From: an uncultured Magnetococcales bacterium
GTDB taxonomy: Bacteria > Pseudomonadota > Alphaproteobacteria > UBA2136 > JAPKEQ01
Reading direction: 5' to 3'
Assembly: GCA_964015495.1 (NCBI GenBank)
Contig: CAXHDG010000011.1
Location: forward strand, 650-64,649
Length of the DNA: 64,000 nucleotides
Numbering within the stretch: position 1 is the first letter of the stretch; every line of letters starts with the position of its first letter. The notes below the pieces were generated by a model that saw nothing but the letters and a program-made list of their open reading frames with translations, did no database searches and was not told the DNA's origin. Shown here one piece after another: positions 1-8,847 of the stretch. The position numbers and the translations under genes were made by a program.

Positions 1-793
1 AGCCATCGCGCTTAATTTTATCAGCCAGACGGTCTGCACCATGTTTTGTTTTTACAAAAATAATCACAGAGCCATCGCGGCCAGAAAGTTCGTTTAATAG
101 GTCTTCGTACTTATCGCCATCTTCAATACGTTTTGTTTGGTGGTCAATGTTTTCCGCTGGCTTTGTTGTAGAACCAATTGCAATACGCTCAGGCTCATTC
201 AGGTAGTTTTTAGCAAGAGACATAATGTTGCGTGGAAGCGTTGCACTAAATAGAAGTGTTTGGCGCTGAGGAGGCATGTGGCTTACGATTTCTTCAATCT
301 GAATAGAGAAGCCCATGTCTAGCATGCGGTCTGTTTCATCAAGTACAAGGAAGCTTGTGTTGTTAAGCTTAAGTGTGCGGCGGCTTAGGTGGTCGTTTAG
401 GCGGCCAGGTGTACCAACAACAATGCGTGGGTTAAAGCTAAGTTGCTTAAGCTGCTTTTGCATTGAATCTCCACCAATGATAAGCGCAGTGTTAATGCCG
501 CTACGGTGTGGAAGGAAACTTTTGATGCTCTGCTCAACCTGTGCGGCAAGCTCACGTGTTGGCGTTACAATAAGAGCTGTATCGTCTTCGTTAAAGAGCA
601 GGTGGTTTACCATTGGAATACCAAAGGCACCAGTTTTACCTGTACCAGTTTGCGCTGAACCTAGAATATCTTTACCTGTAAGGGCAAGAGGGATAGCTGC
701 TTCTTGAACGGGAGTGGGGGAGTTAAAGCCTTGCTTTGCAAGTGCTGTTACCAAATCTTCAGAAAGCCCTAATTGGGCGAATGTTTGCGTCAT
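1..793 (-). CDS. DEAD-box ATP-dependent RNA helicase; only the N-terminal ~264 aa are in the window and the C-terminus runs off the left edge
   Basis: Reverse-strand translation from the ATG at 793 gives MTQTFAQLGLSEDL...TPVQ (Q motif), AQTGTGKT (Walker A), PTRELA, GTPGR, VLDETDRMLDMGF (DEAD-box variant), LFSATLP (SAT motif). The +strand ORF 315..707 is its antisense shadow. Confidence 0.85.
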   Translation of the reverse strand, partial: MTQTFAQLGLSEDLVTALAKQGFNSPTPVQEAAIPLALTGKDILGSAQTGTGKTGAFGIPMVNHLLFNEDDTALIVTPTRELAAQVEQSIKSFLPHRSGINTALIIGGDSMQKQLKQLSFNPRIVVGTPGRLNDHLSRRTLKLNNTSFLVLDETDRMLDMGFSIQIEEIVSHMPPQRQTLLFSATLPRNIMSLAKNYLNEPERIAIGSTTKPAENIDHQTKRIEDGDKYEDLLNELSGRDGSVIIFVKTKHGADRLADKIKRDG

Positions 794-991
794 ATCATCG
801 TCTTTCATGTAGCGACAGAGATTCTGTTTAAATCTGCGCTTTCTCGGTTTGTCTGGAAATATGCAACCGAGAGCGAACGTGATTTTTATTAGACGCAAGC
901 GGTGGCATCAGCGGCGTTTAAGCCTGCTGGGTATTTAATGCCGGTAGAAAAGGGAGCAAGTGCTCCCTTTTCTGGGGCAAAGGGAAACTGC

Positions 992-1195
992 TTAGTTTAC
1001 CTCAAGGTTCGTAGCAGAAGTTCTGCCGCGGCTCTCTTCAAGCTCGTAAGTCACTTTTTGACCGTCGTCAAGACCTTTAAGGCCTGCTTTTTCTAGAGCT
1101 GTGATGTGAACGAATACGTCGTTGCCGCCATCTTCAGGTTGGATGAAGCCGAAGCCTTTAGTTGGGTTAAACCATTTTACTGTACCAGTAGCCAT
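992..1195 (-). CDS. cspA: Cold-shock protein, CspA family
   Basis: [34 protein letters not shown] is the canonical cold-shock domain with RNP1/RNP2 motifs. Start chosen at the MATGTV Met. Followed by a ~180-nt upstream leader, as is typical for csp genes. Confidence 0.9.
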   Translation of the reverse strand: MATGTVKWFNPTKGFGFIQPEDGGNDVFVHITALEKAGLKGLDDGQKVTYELEESRGRTSATNLEVN

Positions 1196-1379
1196 TGTAT
1201 CTATACTTTCTTTGCAGGTGGGCAAAAGCCTGTTTCCTGCGGATCTTTATCATTAAAAAGCTTTTTCTGTTTTAAGATTACCTAACCTTAAAACGTATGC
1301 TCAAAGGAGCGTGAAAAAACTGTACTGATTCAGTATATATGCTATGTTGAATACAATTACAAGGGGAAAGCGTTTTTTT

Positions 1380-1784
1380 TTATTCTTCGCCCATAACAGA
1401 ACTAACAAGTTCGACCACGCCAACCACGCCAAGCATGTGGCCATGCTCTGTCACAACAGGCAAGTGACGAATTTTATTTTTGGACATAATACGCAGTGCT
1501 TCTTGTGCCTCTGTTAGAGGAGGCGATACAATAAGGCTTTCTGTCATAATTTCATGAATCACAACATCAGATGCTTCTTTACCGTATTTACCAACGGCTT
1601 TAATAATATCGCTTTCACTCACCATACCAACAAGCTCGCCGTTATTTTCGGTGACAAGAATAGCTTTACGCTGAGTATCTAGGAGCTTATCAATGATATC
1701 TCCAAGCTTTTTGTGCTCATTAATGGTAATGAGGCCTAGTTTTTGTTTTTGAAGAACTTTATCCAAAGTTGTCATGTGTGCCAC
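1380..1784 (-). CDS. CBS-pair domain protein (134 aa)
   Basis: Two CBS-like motifs (GMVSESDIIKAV ... IRHLPVV..GHMLGVV). Its start overlaps the stop of the upstream ORF by 1 nt. Confidence 0.65.
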   Translation of the reverse strand: MAHMTTLDKVLQKQKLGLITINEHKKLGDIIDKLLDTQRKAILVTENNGELVGMVSESDIIKAVGKYGKEASDVVIHEIMTESLIVSPPLTEAQEALRIMSKNKIRHLPVVTEHGHMLGVVGVVELVSSVMGEE

Positions 1785-1785
1785 C

Positions 1786-2091
1786 CTAGCGCTCTACGCT
1801 TTTAATTTCAAGGGCATCTGCCATGCCTTGGATATCGTTAAAAGAGATTTGCTTTACTTCGTCATCGGCACGTTTTTCAATATATTTAATGCCGCGACGG
1901 AAAATGTCTTCTTTGAATTCTTTAAGAAGAGCATCATTTTTACATTCAAATTGCATAATCCAGCCAAAGGGGTTGTTATCAGAAGCTTCAAACCATGTTC
2001 GAACAGGAGCATCAAAACCATGTTTAAATTCAACCTGTAAAGTTTGTCGTTTTTCAACTCGGGTCAGGCGGTTTCTAAAGACTGCTTCCAT
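1786..2091 (-). CDS. Hypothetical protein (101 aa), translationally coupled to the downstream CBS gene
   Basis: Uninterrupted ORF whose stop (1786-1788) sits next to the CBS gene start (1784). No recognisable motif. Confidence 0.4.
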   Translation of the reverse strand: MEAVFRNRLTRVEKRQTLQVEFKHGFDAPVRTWFEASDNNPFGWIMQFECKNDALLKEFKEDIFRRGIKYIEKRADDEVKQISFNDIQGMADALEIKSVER

Positions 2092-2214
2092 GACGTGTTT
2101 TGGCCTTTTTTATTGTACGAGCTCAAGTGTAGCACTAAACCTAAGGTTTGTAACGTTTGATGCTTTCTTATGCCTTATAGGCCAAATGAAAAACTTACAG
2201 GGTGTGGCAGGCAT

Positions 2215-2248
2215 GCAAAAAGCCCCTCGCTAAGGAGGGGCTTTAAGT
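2215..2248. terminator. Rho-independent terminator hairpin, probably terminating 2258..2971 (-)
   Basis: agcccctc-gctaagg-aggggct stem-loop flanked by an A-run on + (a T-run on the - strand). Confidence 0.5.
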
Positions 2249-2257
2249 TATTTACGA

Positions 2258-2971
2258 TTATTTGTTGAGCAACAGGCAAAGAGCCAGAATGGCCTTAAAT
2301 CCATCCTGCTCAAAGAGGTTGTCATCAATGGCGCCCAAAAATCCTGCACCTTTGATGCATTCTTTTTGCTTGTCGGTGAGGTTGTTGTAACGGTAGTTTC
2401 CACGCCGGCTACCATTTCTATGGGTTTGGTCGTAGCGCCGCTGGTAGCCCAGTTCCTCTACAGACTGGTTTTGGCAGGTTGTTGTGCCAATACGACAGGT
2501 CGTATAGACCTCATAGACGTTGCCATTGCGCCGCGCAAACTTGACCCAAGCAGACTCATGTTGGCGTGTACGTCTGTATTCACGCTGTCCAATGTATTTG
2601 TCGCTACGGTTCAACGGTTTCAGGCGTACTTCGCCACGTTTGTTGCTGCGGTAGGGTTCAGGTTCAGCCACCCGGCCGCGCAGTTCAACAACGCTGTTGC
2701 GTGCACTGCAAAGGCGCGAACCATCAAGCTGACACCATGTGTAGCGCTTGTAGCGGGAGCCATTGGAGCGTTGCCACGTCACCCAAGAGGCTTCGTAGCG
2801 TCTGCCATCTGTTGAACTCCGGAATGTGCGGTACTCAGTTTGCCGCACATAAGTGTGGCTGCTGTGTGCTTTGAAGCTGTTAAGGCGGCTTCTTGAAATA
2901 TCTGCGTTTGCATGTGTTGCAAGCAGGGCGAGAGAGAAAAGGCCGAAAACGGCAGTTTTAAGAAAACGCAT
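2258..2971 (-). CDS. Secreted Arg/Cys-rich protein with internal tandem repeats (237 aa)
   Basis: N-terminal signal peptide MRFLKTAVFGLFSLALLATHANA. Repeated units ...YR.TR...SWV.W.R.NG..Y..YT.C..(G/D)...C...SV.EL.G... occur at least twice, with a third degenerate copy. There is a hydrophobic C-terminal tail. Confidence 0.5.
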   Translation of the reverse strand: MRFLKTAVFGLFSLALLATHANADISRSRLNSFKAHSSHTYVRQTEYRTFRSSTDGRRYEASWVTWQRSNGSRYKRYTWCQLDGSRLCSARNSVVELRGRVAEPEPYRSNKRGEVRLKPLNRSDKYIGQREYRRTRQHESAWVKFARRNGNVYEVYTTCRIGTTTCQNQSVEELGYQRRYDQTHRNGSRRGNYRYNNLTDKQKECIKGAGFLGAIDDNLFEQDGFKAILALCLLLNK

Positions 2972-3121
2972 GGGAGCGTCCTTTCTAGGAAGAGGAAAAC
3001 AGAGTTGTTTTAGTACCTATGTTATAAGCGTGATTTTCTCAATTTTCAACCCCTTCGCACACAAGGCAAGTGACAGCAGAATATATTGGCCTGTTTATAT
3101 AACCAATAAAGGAAAAGATTT

Positions 3122-6004
3122 ATGCCTGCGATTGCTGTTGCTGCTGCTGGATACGCTGCTGCCCATGGGGCGGCTGCACTTGGATTAAGCGCGGCAACTG
3201 CCGCTTTTGCTGCCACGGCTGCAAGTACTGTTATTGCAGCCTCTATGGCGCAAAGCCCAAGAGGCCTTACAGGGAACAGAGGTCTTTCCACCACATTGCG
3301 CAGCAGTATAGAAAGCCATAAGGTGATTTATGGTACAGCGCGTACCGGTGGCGTGATTGCCCATATTAGTACGGTAAACAGCACTTTGCTGCCTATGATG
3401 GGTGAAGAACTTGTTGAAGGCGTGCCAGAGGAGGTGTTTCAGCTGGTGCCTTATAACGTAACCAATGGCACCTTATATATAGCTGTTGCCTTTACGGGCC
3501 ATGAGGTGGATGGGCTTGATACTCTTTATCTGGATGGTGTGCCGCTAACATTAGATGAATTTAATAATGCCACAAACCCTGAATATATCACTGCTGCAGG
3601 CTACCCTATGGTGAATGTAAAGTTTTATTCAGGAGAGAGTACGCAAACAGCAGACCCTGATATGGTAAGAGACCTTGGGGAGTGGACAGAGGCGCATCGT
3701 TTGCAGGGTGTGTCTTATGCCAGAATTAGGCTCCTTTATAATGACAGTGCCTATCCAAACGGTATTCCAAACGTAACAGCTAAGATAAGAGGCAAAAAAT
3801 TATATGATCCACGTAGTGGGATAAGCGCATACTCTGATAACTGGGCACTGGCTGTGAGGGATTATCTGACAAACCCTATTTATGGGCTAGGTTGCACAGT
3901 AGATGAAATAGATGAAGCATCTATTGTGGCAAGCGCTGATATATCGGATGAGGCGGTAAACCTAAAAGAAGGCGGAACAACGAAACGTTACACCGTAAAT
4001 GGGGTACTGGATACAGCAAACACGCCTCTCACTCTGCTTGAAACCCTCACAAGTGCAGGGGCAGGGGCCGTACCTTATATAGACGGAACTTTCCATGTAC
4101 TGGCAGGTGCCTATGATGCGCCAACTGCTACTTTAGATGCAGATTGGCTGAGGGGAGAGCTTAACATTCATGCTGCGCCTTCACTTAAGGAACGCTTTAA
4201 TACTGTAAGGGGCGTATTTGCAGACCCTGATCAGTCCCATCAGGTTGTAGATTTCCCTGAGGTAAAAGACGATGACCTTATTGCCGCCCTTGGGGGAGAG
4301 TCTGTTGCTAGTAATATAGAACTCCCTTTAACAAACCACATAGAGAGCGCCCAGCGTATAGCAGCACTTATGCTCTCTCAATCCGGAAATACCATTTCTC
4401 TCAGTGCGCCTCTTAACTTAAAAGGTATGTCTCTTAAAGTGTGGGACGTTATAAACCTAAACCTGCCAGAGCTTGGATGGGAGAATAAGCCTTTCCGTAT
4501 TACCCGCTGGCAAATGAGCGAAGACGGGGGCGTAGATATAAACCTAAAGGAAGAATCCGCTAGTGCTTATGATTGGGATGAGAGCACCGCTAAGACAGTT
4601 TCCCTTATAGAGGAAATAGCGCTTCCTACAGGGAGAGAGATTACCGCGCCCGGTATACCAGAACTTACAGAAGACTTATATGTAACCACAGACGGAAGCG
4701 GGGTTAAGGCACGTATAACGGCAACTTGGGCAGATGCCAATGATGCCTTTGCTATAAGGTATCGTATTAAGCTTAAAAAAGCAGGGGAGAGTGCTTACAC
4801 CACATTGGGGGAAACCTCTCATACGCAGTGGGTTATAGAAGACCTTGCACCAGGGGATGTTACTGTACAAATTGTATCTGTAAGCCCGCTTGGTATAGAG
4901 AGTGCCCCATCAGAAGCCTCTCTTACTGTAGAAGGCCTAACGGCTCCGCCTGCTGATATAGAAAACTTTAACCTGAGTGCACAAAATGGTCAGGCACATT
5001 TAAGCTGGCTTCAGGTAGAGGATATAGATGTAAAAGTAGGGGGGCGTATCAGGCTGCGTCATAGCGCAAAAACAACTGGCGCAACTTGGAGTACAGCCGT
5101 AGACCTTGTACCTGCTCTTGCAGGGATTAGTACCCATGCTGTCGTGCCTCTGTTAGAAGGCACCTATATGGTGAAAGCGGTTGATAGTACAGGCAATGAA
5201 AGCGTGAGCGCCAAGGCTATCGTTACAACGGCGCCGCAGGTTGTTGGTATGAATGTTATAGAAACCCTTACCCCAGCCCCTACCTTTGATGGAGCCCTTA
5301 TAGGGTTTGTCCATGATACAGAAAATATTGTTCTGGACGGGTTAAGTCTCTTTGAAGATGCACTAGGAGATTTTGACGATGCGCTTGGTTCTTTTGATGG
5401 GTACGGCGGTTTTGTAACAACAGGAACTTACACCCTTGCTGATTATATTGACCTGGGTTCTATTTATACCAGCCGTGTGAGGGGAAGTTTTGTAGCTGAA
5501 ACCACCGATGGTAGAAACGTGTTTGATGTAACAGATGGTCTGTTTGATAGCAGAACAGGAAAATTTGATGGAGATGACCTTGCGACCATTGATGTTAGCC
5601 TTGAGGTACGTAGCACGCAGGATAACCCAGCATCTAGCCCCGTATGGGCAGCATGGCAGCCGCTAACCTTGGCAGATATCACAGCCCGCGGTTTTGAATT
5701 TCGGGTGGTGGCTGAAAGTGCCAATAGCGCCCATAACGTACAAATTTCAGATATTCATATTTCTGTAGATATGCCAGATAGGCTTGAGAGCGATCAGATA
5801 AGTGTCGGCACGGGTGGAATGTCTGTTAGCTTTGCGCAAGAGTTTTATAGCCCTCCTGCGGTAAGTCTTACGCTACAAAATGGCATGAGCGGAGATTACT
5901 TTAGCTTTTCTGGTGTCACGAACGCAGGCTTTGATGTCACTGTTTACAACAGTGCAGGCAGCGCCGTTGCACGAGATATGACCTACGTGGCGAGAGGGTA
6001 CTAG
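3122..6004 (+). CDS. Phage tail host-specificity protein J-like (Phage-tail_3 / GTA ORFg15-like) with a fibronectin-III-like domain; 960 aa
   Basis: An Ala-rich hydrophobic N-terminus. Then a segment ...SYARIRLLYNDSAYPNG...DNWALAVRDYLTNPIYGLGCTVDEID, which resembles the conserved lambda gpJ region (NMAWCLWDMLTHPRYGMG). Then an Fn3-like block (ITATWADANDAFAIRYRIKL...TVQIVSVSPLGIESAPS). Strong RBS aaaggaaaag upstream. Confidence 0.6.
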   Translation: MPAIAVAAAGYAAAHGAAALGLSAATAAFAATAASTVIAASMAQSPRGLTGNRGLSTTLRSSIESHKVIYGTARTGGVIAHISTVNSTLLPMMGEELVEGVPEEVFQLVPYNVTNGTLYIAVAFTGHEVDGLDTLYLDGVPLTLDEFNNATNPEYITAAGYPMVNVKFYSGESTQTADPDMVRDLGEWTEAHRLQGVSYARIRLLYNDSAYPNGIPNVTAKIRGKKLYDPRSGISAYSDNWALAVRDYLTNPIYGLGCTVDEIDEASIVASADISDEAVNLKEGGTTKRYTVNGVLDTANTPLTLLETLTSAGAGAVPYIDGTFHVLAGAYDAPTATLDADWLRGELNIHAAPSLKERFNTVRGVFADPDQSHQVVDFPEVKDDDLIAALGGESVASNIELPLTNHIESAQRIAALMLSQSGNTISLSAPLNLKGMSLKVWDVINLNLPELGWENKPFRITRWQMSEDGGVDINLKEESASAYDWDESTAKTVSLIEEIALPTGREITAPGIPELTEDLYVTTDGSGVKARITATWADANDAFAIRYRIKLKKAGESAYTTLGETSHTQWVIEDLAPGDVTVQIVSVSPLGIESAPSEASLTVEGLTAPPADIENFNLSAQNGQAHLSWLQVEDIDVKVGGRIRLRHSAKTTGATWSTAVDLVPALAGISTHAVVPLLEGTYMVKAVDSTGNESVSAKAIVTTAPQVVGMNVIETLTPAPTFDGALIGFVHDTENIVLDGLSLFEDALGDFDDALGSFDGYGGFVTTGTYTLADYIDLGSIYTSRVRGSFVAETTDGRNVFDVTDGLFDSRTGKFDGDDLATIDVSLEVRSTQDNPASSPVWAAWQPLTLADITARGFEFRVVAESANSAHNVQISDIHISVDMPDRLESDQISVGTGGMSVSFAQEFYSPPAVSLTLQNGMSGDYFSFSGVTNAGFDVTVYNSAGSAVARDMTYVARGY

Positions 6005-6133
6005 GCCTTTACGGGCTTATGTGTAAGGGGAGGGTATACAATGTACTTGCCATATATGAGGCGCCATGGTATATAACTCCTAATTCTCACATCTTTCTCT
6101 TCTTTTTCTTTCGGCTCTTTATGGAGGTTTCTC

Positions 6134-6451
6134 ATGGCTGATAAATATACTCTACCACTAGACGGTAAAAAGATTTACTGGGCTTTGATGCTTGCATTGG
6201 GTTTTGTTACCTTTATGTTGGCAGTACCATCATTCTTTTGGATGGCTCTGCTCATTTACTGGTTTTTACAAGCCGCTTCTTTTGCCATTCAATGGAAAGC
6301 ACCTGATTTGGGGGCTGTTGTGTTATGCTTGATCTTCTCAGCAGTTTGCTGCCTGGTTGTTGTTGGGTTTAGCTTTGTTGCAACTTTCAGCGGCCTTCTT
6401 GCTGCGCTTGGTTTTTTGGTGATGCCCGCGTTTTGGGACCCTGTTAACTAA
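6134..6451 (+). CDS. Small multi-pass membrane protein (105 aa), paralogue 1 of a tandem pair
   Basis: 3-4 predicted TM helices. Starts MADK... The 5' leader and RBS (ctttatggaggtttctcATGgctgataaa) are nearly identical to those of the next gene. Confidence 0.55.
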   Translation: MADKYTLPLDGKKIYWALMLALGFVTFMLAVPSFFWMALLIYWFLQAASFAIQWKAPDLGAVVLCLIFSAVCCLVVVGFSFVATFSGLLAALGFLVMPAFWDPVN

Positions 6452-6496
6452 ACAGGGGCTTTTTCTTTTTCTCTCAGCTTTTTATGGAGGTTTCTC

Positions 6497-6835
6497 ATGG
6501 CTGATAAACAATCAAAGTCTGTTACCGTTACAGCGGGGCAAATGTTTGGATGGGGCTTGTTTGCTCTGCTTGGACTTGTCGCTATCATTGGTATTGGGAG
6601 CGCCCCTCAGGTCTCTTTGGGTATCTATGCCCTTCTGCAATTTTCCATGACACTCCGCTGGTTTGAGGACAGTAAATCTTTTGATGAGGGGGATTTGTTT
6701 GCGCTTATTATCATGACTGCTATTCCCGCCTTGGTTGTTTGGGGTGTTAGCTTTATTGGCATGTTCTTGGCCGTTATTGTGGCTGCCGCCCTTTTGTTTT
6801 ATCCAATGTTTTGGCGTAATGACAGCGACTCCTAA
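6497..6835 (+). CDS. Small multi-pass membrane protein (112 aa), paralogue 2
   Basis: Starts MADK... behind the same conserved leader/RBS. Predicted TM helices. Followed by the terminator at 6846-6878. Confidence 0.55.
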   Translation: MADKQSKSVTVTAGQMFGWGLFALLGLVAIIGIGSAPQVSLGIYALLQFSMTLRWFEDSKSFDEGDLFALIIMTAIPALVVWGVSFIGMFLAVIVAAALLFYPMFWRNDSDS

Positions 6836-6845
6836 TATCGAAAAC

Positions 6846-6878
6846 GAAAAAACCCCGCTGACTAGGCGGGGTTTTTTG
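6846..6878 (+). terminator. Rho-independent terminator
   Basis: ccccgc-tgactag-gcgggg hairpin followed by tttttt. Confidence 0.7.
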
Positions 6879-7269
6879 TATGTACGGACGTACTATCATG
6901 GTTTGGGTAAAAGGGGTGGGTCACGCAAACCTCGGGGAGGTTAGGGGGATGTCAGGGGTGTGAGGTTCGGGGGCGCGACCCTTTCACGCGCTTGAAGCGT
7001 GAAACTGGTTAAACTCGTCATATTCAATTGTCATGTAACGTCCTGAAAAATAATTTGCAAAAGCTGTGCCAATTTTTGTTTATCCTAAAAATACTATCTG
7101 TTTGACACCTTATATTGAATATCCCTATGTGGTCGCTTCCTCTTTTGTGGCTTGCAATGACTGCTGATGTGGACGAATAATCGAATAAAGTAAGCCCCCG
7201 TCTACATGACGGGGGCTTAAGTTTTGTGACTCTATAACTTGAGACTGAAGTGTTTAGAGGTTTTTGGGT

Positions 7270-7671
7270 TTACTCGCGATGAGTCACAAAATCGTCAGGG
7301 CTTGCCAGAATCTCTTCCAATTTTGGCTCACGCATTTTTGTATGTTTATCCATCGGCAGGCCAGAGCGCTTGGCGCTGCTCAGCAGGTGACCTGCACTAA
7401 TGGTACGGCCATCGGCAAGTTCAATGCCGTCATAGCTCATCAGGTGGGCTGCCATAAGAAACCCTTCTAAGCTTAAAACCGTATCATCATCAAATTGAAT
7501 ATGAAGCGTATAACCATCAAAATAGAGGGTGGCGCTTTCTGGATCAAAAGAGAGTTTAATTTTATCAAAATTTTCACTTAAGAAAATGGTTTGGTGACTC
7601 ACTGGGCGGCTAATTGTAACTGTTTTTGCCCAAATATTTGGTCTGTTTCCTGAGTATTCTAGCGGATTCAT
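7270..7671 (-). CDS. Hypothetical protein (~133 aa)
   Basis: ORF with internal start MNPLEYSGNRPN... The +strand ORF 7264..7470 is treated as its shadow. No motif recognised. Confidence 0.4.
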   Translation of the reverse strand: MNPLEYSGNRPNIWAKTVTISRPVSHQTIFLSENFDKIKLSFDPESATLYFDGYTLHIQFDDDTVLSLEGFLMAAHLMSYDGIELADGRTISAGHLLSSAKRSGLPMDKHTKMREPKLEEILASPDDFVTHRE

Positions 7672-7892
7672 TGTTTTCTTCCCCTTATGTATCTTTGTGT
7701 TTTGCCTTATAAAAGGTACGTTATGTTTAGGTTTTGTATACAATGCAGAAGCTGTGCCAAAATAAGAAAAGTTGTTAAATAATGATGGGGTTAAGTTGAT
7801 GCATATCCCTTTTTTTTGATACAAAACAAATCTTGAAGAAAAGGCCTTGCTGAAGTATCATAAGCCTAAATAAAAATAAGATAATAAGATCC

Positions 7893-8315
7893 ATGAAATT
7901 ACAGCAGATTTTCACAGTTTTACTTCTACTCGGTGTGCCGGCAGCTGCCTGGTACTTCCAGCCATCAGATAAGATACATGATGCATATAGTAGCAACGCT
8001 CATGATATTGTTTCATCTACATCAGGACCTCTTGATACAAAGAAAATTTTTTATGAGCTGATGAATATTCAATTAGAAGAGGGCGTTAATACATACACGG
8101 ACGCTGGCGTAAACCTAGGGGTTAACTCCTATGTTGATTATGCAGATCAGTTTCGCTTTTTAATGAATGAAGAAGAAAAACGTATTTTAAGCCGTGAAGC
8201 TGAAATTGCTGCAAAGTATAGCTTAAGCCGTGACCAGGTTGAGGCTATTATTACGCAAGGCGCTATGAATGGCTGGCTTACAGAAACAGAATCGGTGGTT
8301 ATCCATGGGCAGTAA
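7893..8315 (+). CDS. Secreted hypothetical protein (140 aa)
   Basis: Signal-peptide-like N-terminus MKLQQIFTVLLLLGVPAAA. Confidence 0.45.
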   Translation: MKLQQIFTVLLLLGVPAAAWYFQPSDKIHDAYSSNAHDIVSSTSGPLDTKKIFYELMNIQLEEGVNTYTDAGVNLGVNSYVDYADQFRFLMNEEEKRILSREAEIAAKYSLSRDQVEAIITQGAMNGWLTETESVVIHGQ

Positions 8316-8832
8316 GTTTTTTGCTTTAGGTTTGTTTGTGTTAGGGCTATCTGTGCAGGCGCAGGCAGCCGATATGCCGGTTTATGTACCGGCAATTTCT
8401 GATGTGATGGCCGGAAAAAGCTTTGCTATTACGCCATCGCACTTACGCCGTATAGATATGCTTGAAGATCTTGCCATGGACCTTGGGACGCACCGTCAAA
8501 AGCTTAACCTTTGCAAAAGTCATGATCTGCGCGACTTTGATAAGATGTTACGTATGATTGATGTGCGCCTTGAAAAGGTAGATTTCAATAAAGGCTTTCT
8601 TGTAAGTGTGTACAGAACCCGCTTTAAACAAGGTGAAGAGCGCTCTCTTGTTTATGCGTCTCTCTTGCGTCCTGAGTACCGCAGTGGATACTGCCGTGGT
8701 ATTGGCGGTTTTGTAAGTGGAACGGCAGAAAGTGTAAAAGATCTTACAAAACGTGCCTATGACACAATGACAGCTATGGACATGGCCTTTAATGTGGATA
8801 CACGCGCCACACGACCAATTGTACAATATTAA
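8305..8832 (+). CDS. Secreted hypothetical protein (~175 aa)
   Basis: Start chosen at MGSKFFALGLFVLGLSVQAQAADMP, which contains a signal peptide. It overlaps the previous gene's stop by 11 nt. Confidence 0.45.
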   Translation: MGSKFFALGLFVLGLSVQAQAADMPVYVPAISDVMAGKSFAITPSHLRRIDMLEDLAMDLGTHRQKLNLCKSHDLRDFDKMLRMIDVRLEKVDFNKGFLVSVYRTRFKQGEERSLVYASLLRPEYRSGYCRGIGGFVSGTAESVKDLTKRAYDTMTAMDMAFNVDTRATRPIVQY

Positions 8833-8847
8833 GAAAAAGGTGTTTCT

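Noticed and set aside
315-707. 130-aa + strand ORF at the left edge
   Set aside because: It lies entirely inside, and antisense to, the DEAD-box helicase gene, whose translation shows all the helicase motifs. Shadow ORF.
2366-2874. Two + strand ORFs (149 and 102 aa) overlapping 2258..2971
   Set aside because: Antisense to the signal-peptide-bearing repeat-protein ORF. Cys/Ala/Val-rich composition typical of a GC-rich shadow frame. No RBS.
7264-7470. 68-aa + strand ORF overlapping the 5' part of 7270..7671 (-)
   Set aside because: Fully antisense to a longer ORF with a plausible start. No RBS. Likely spurious.
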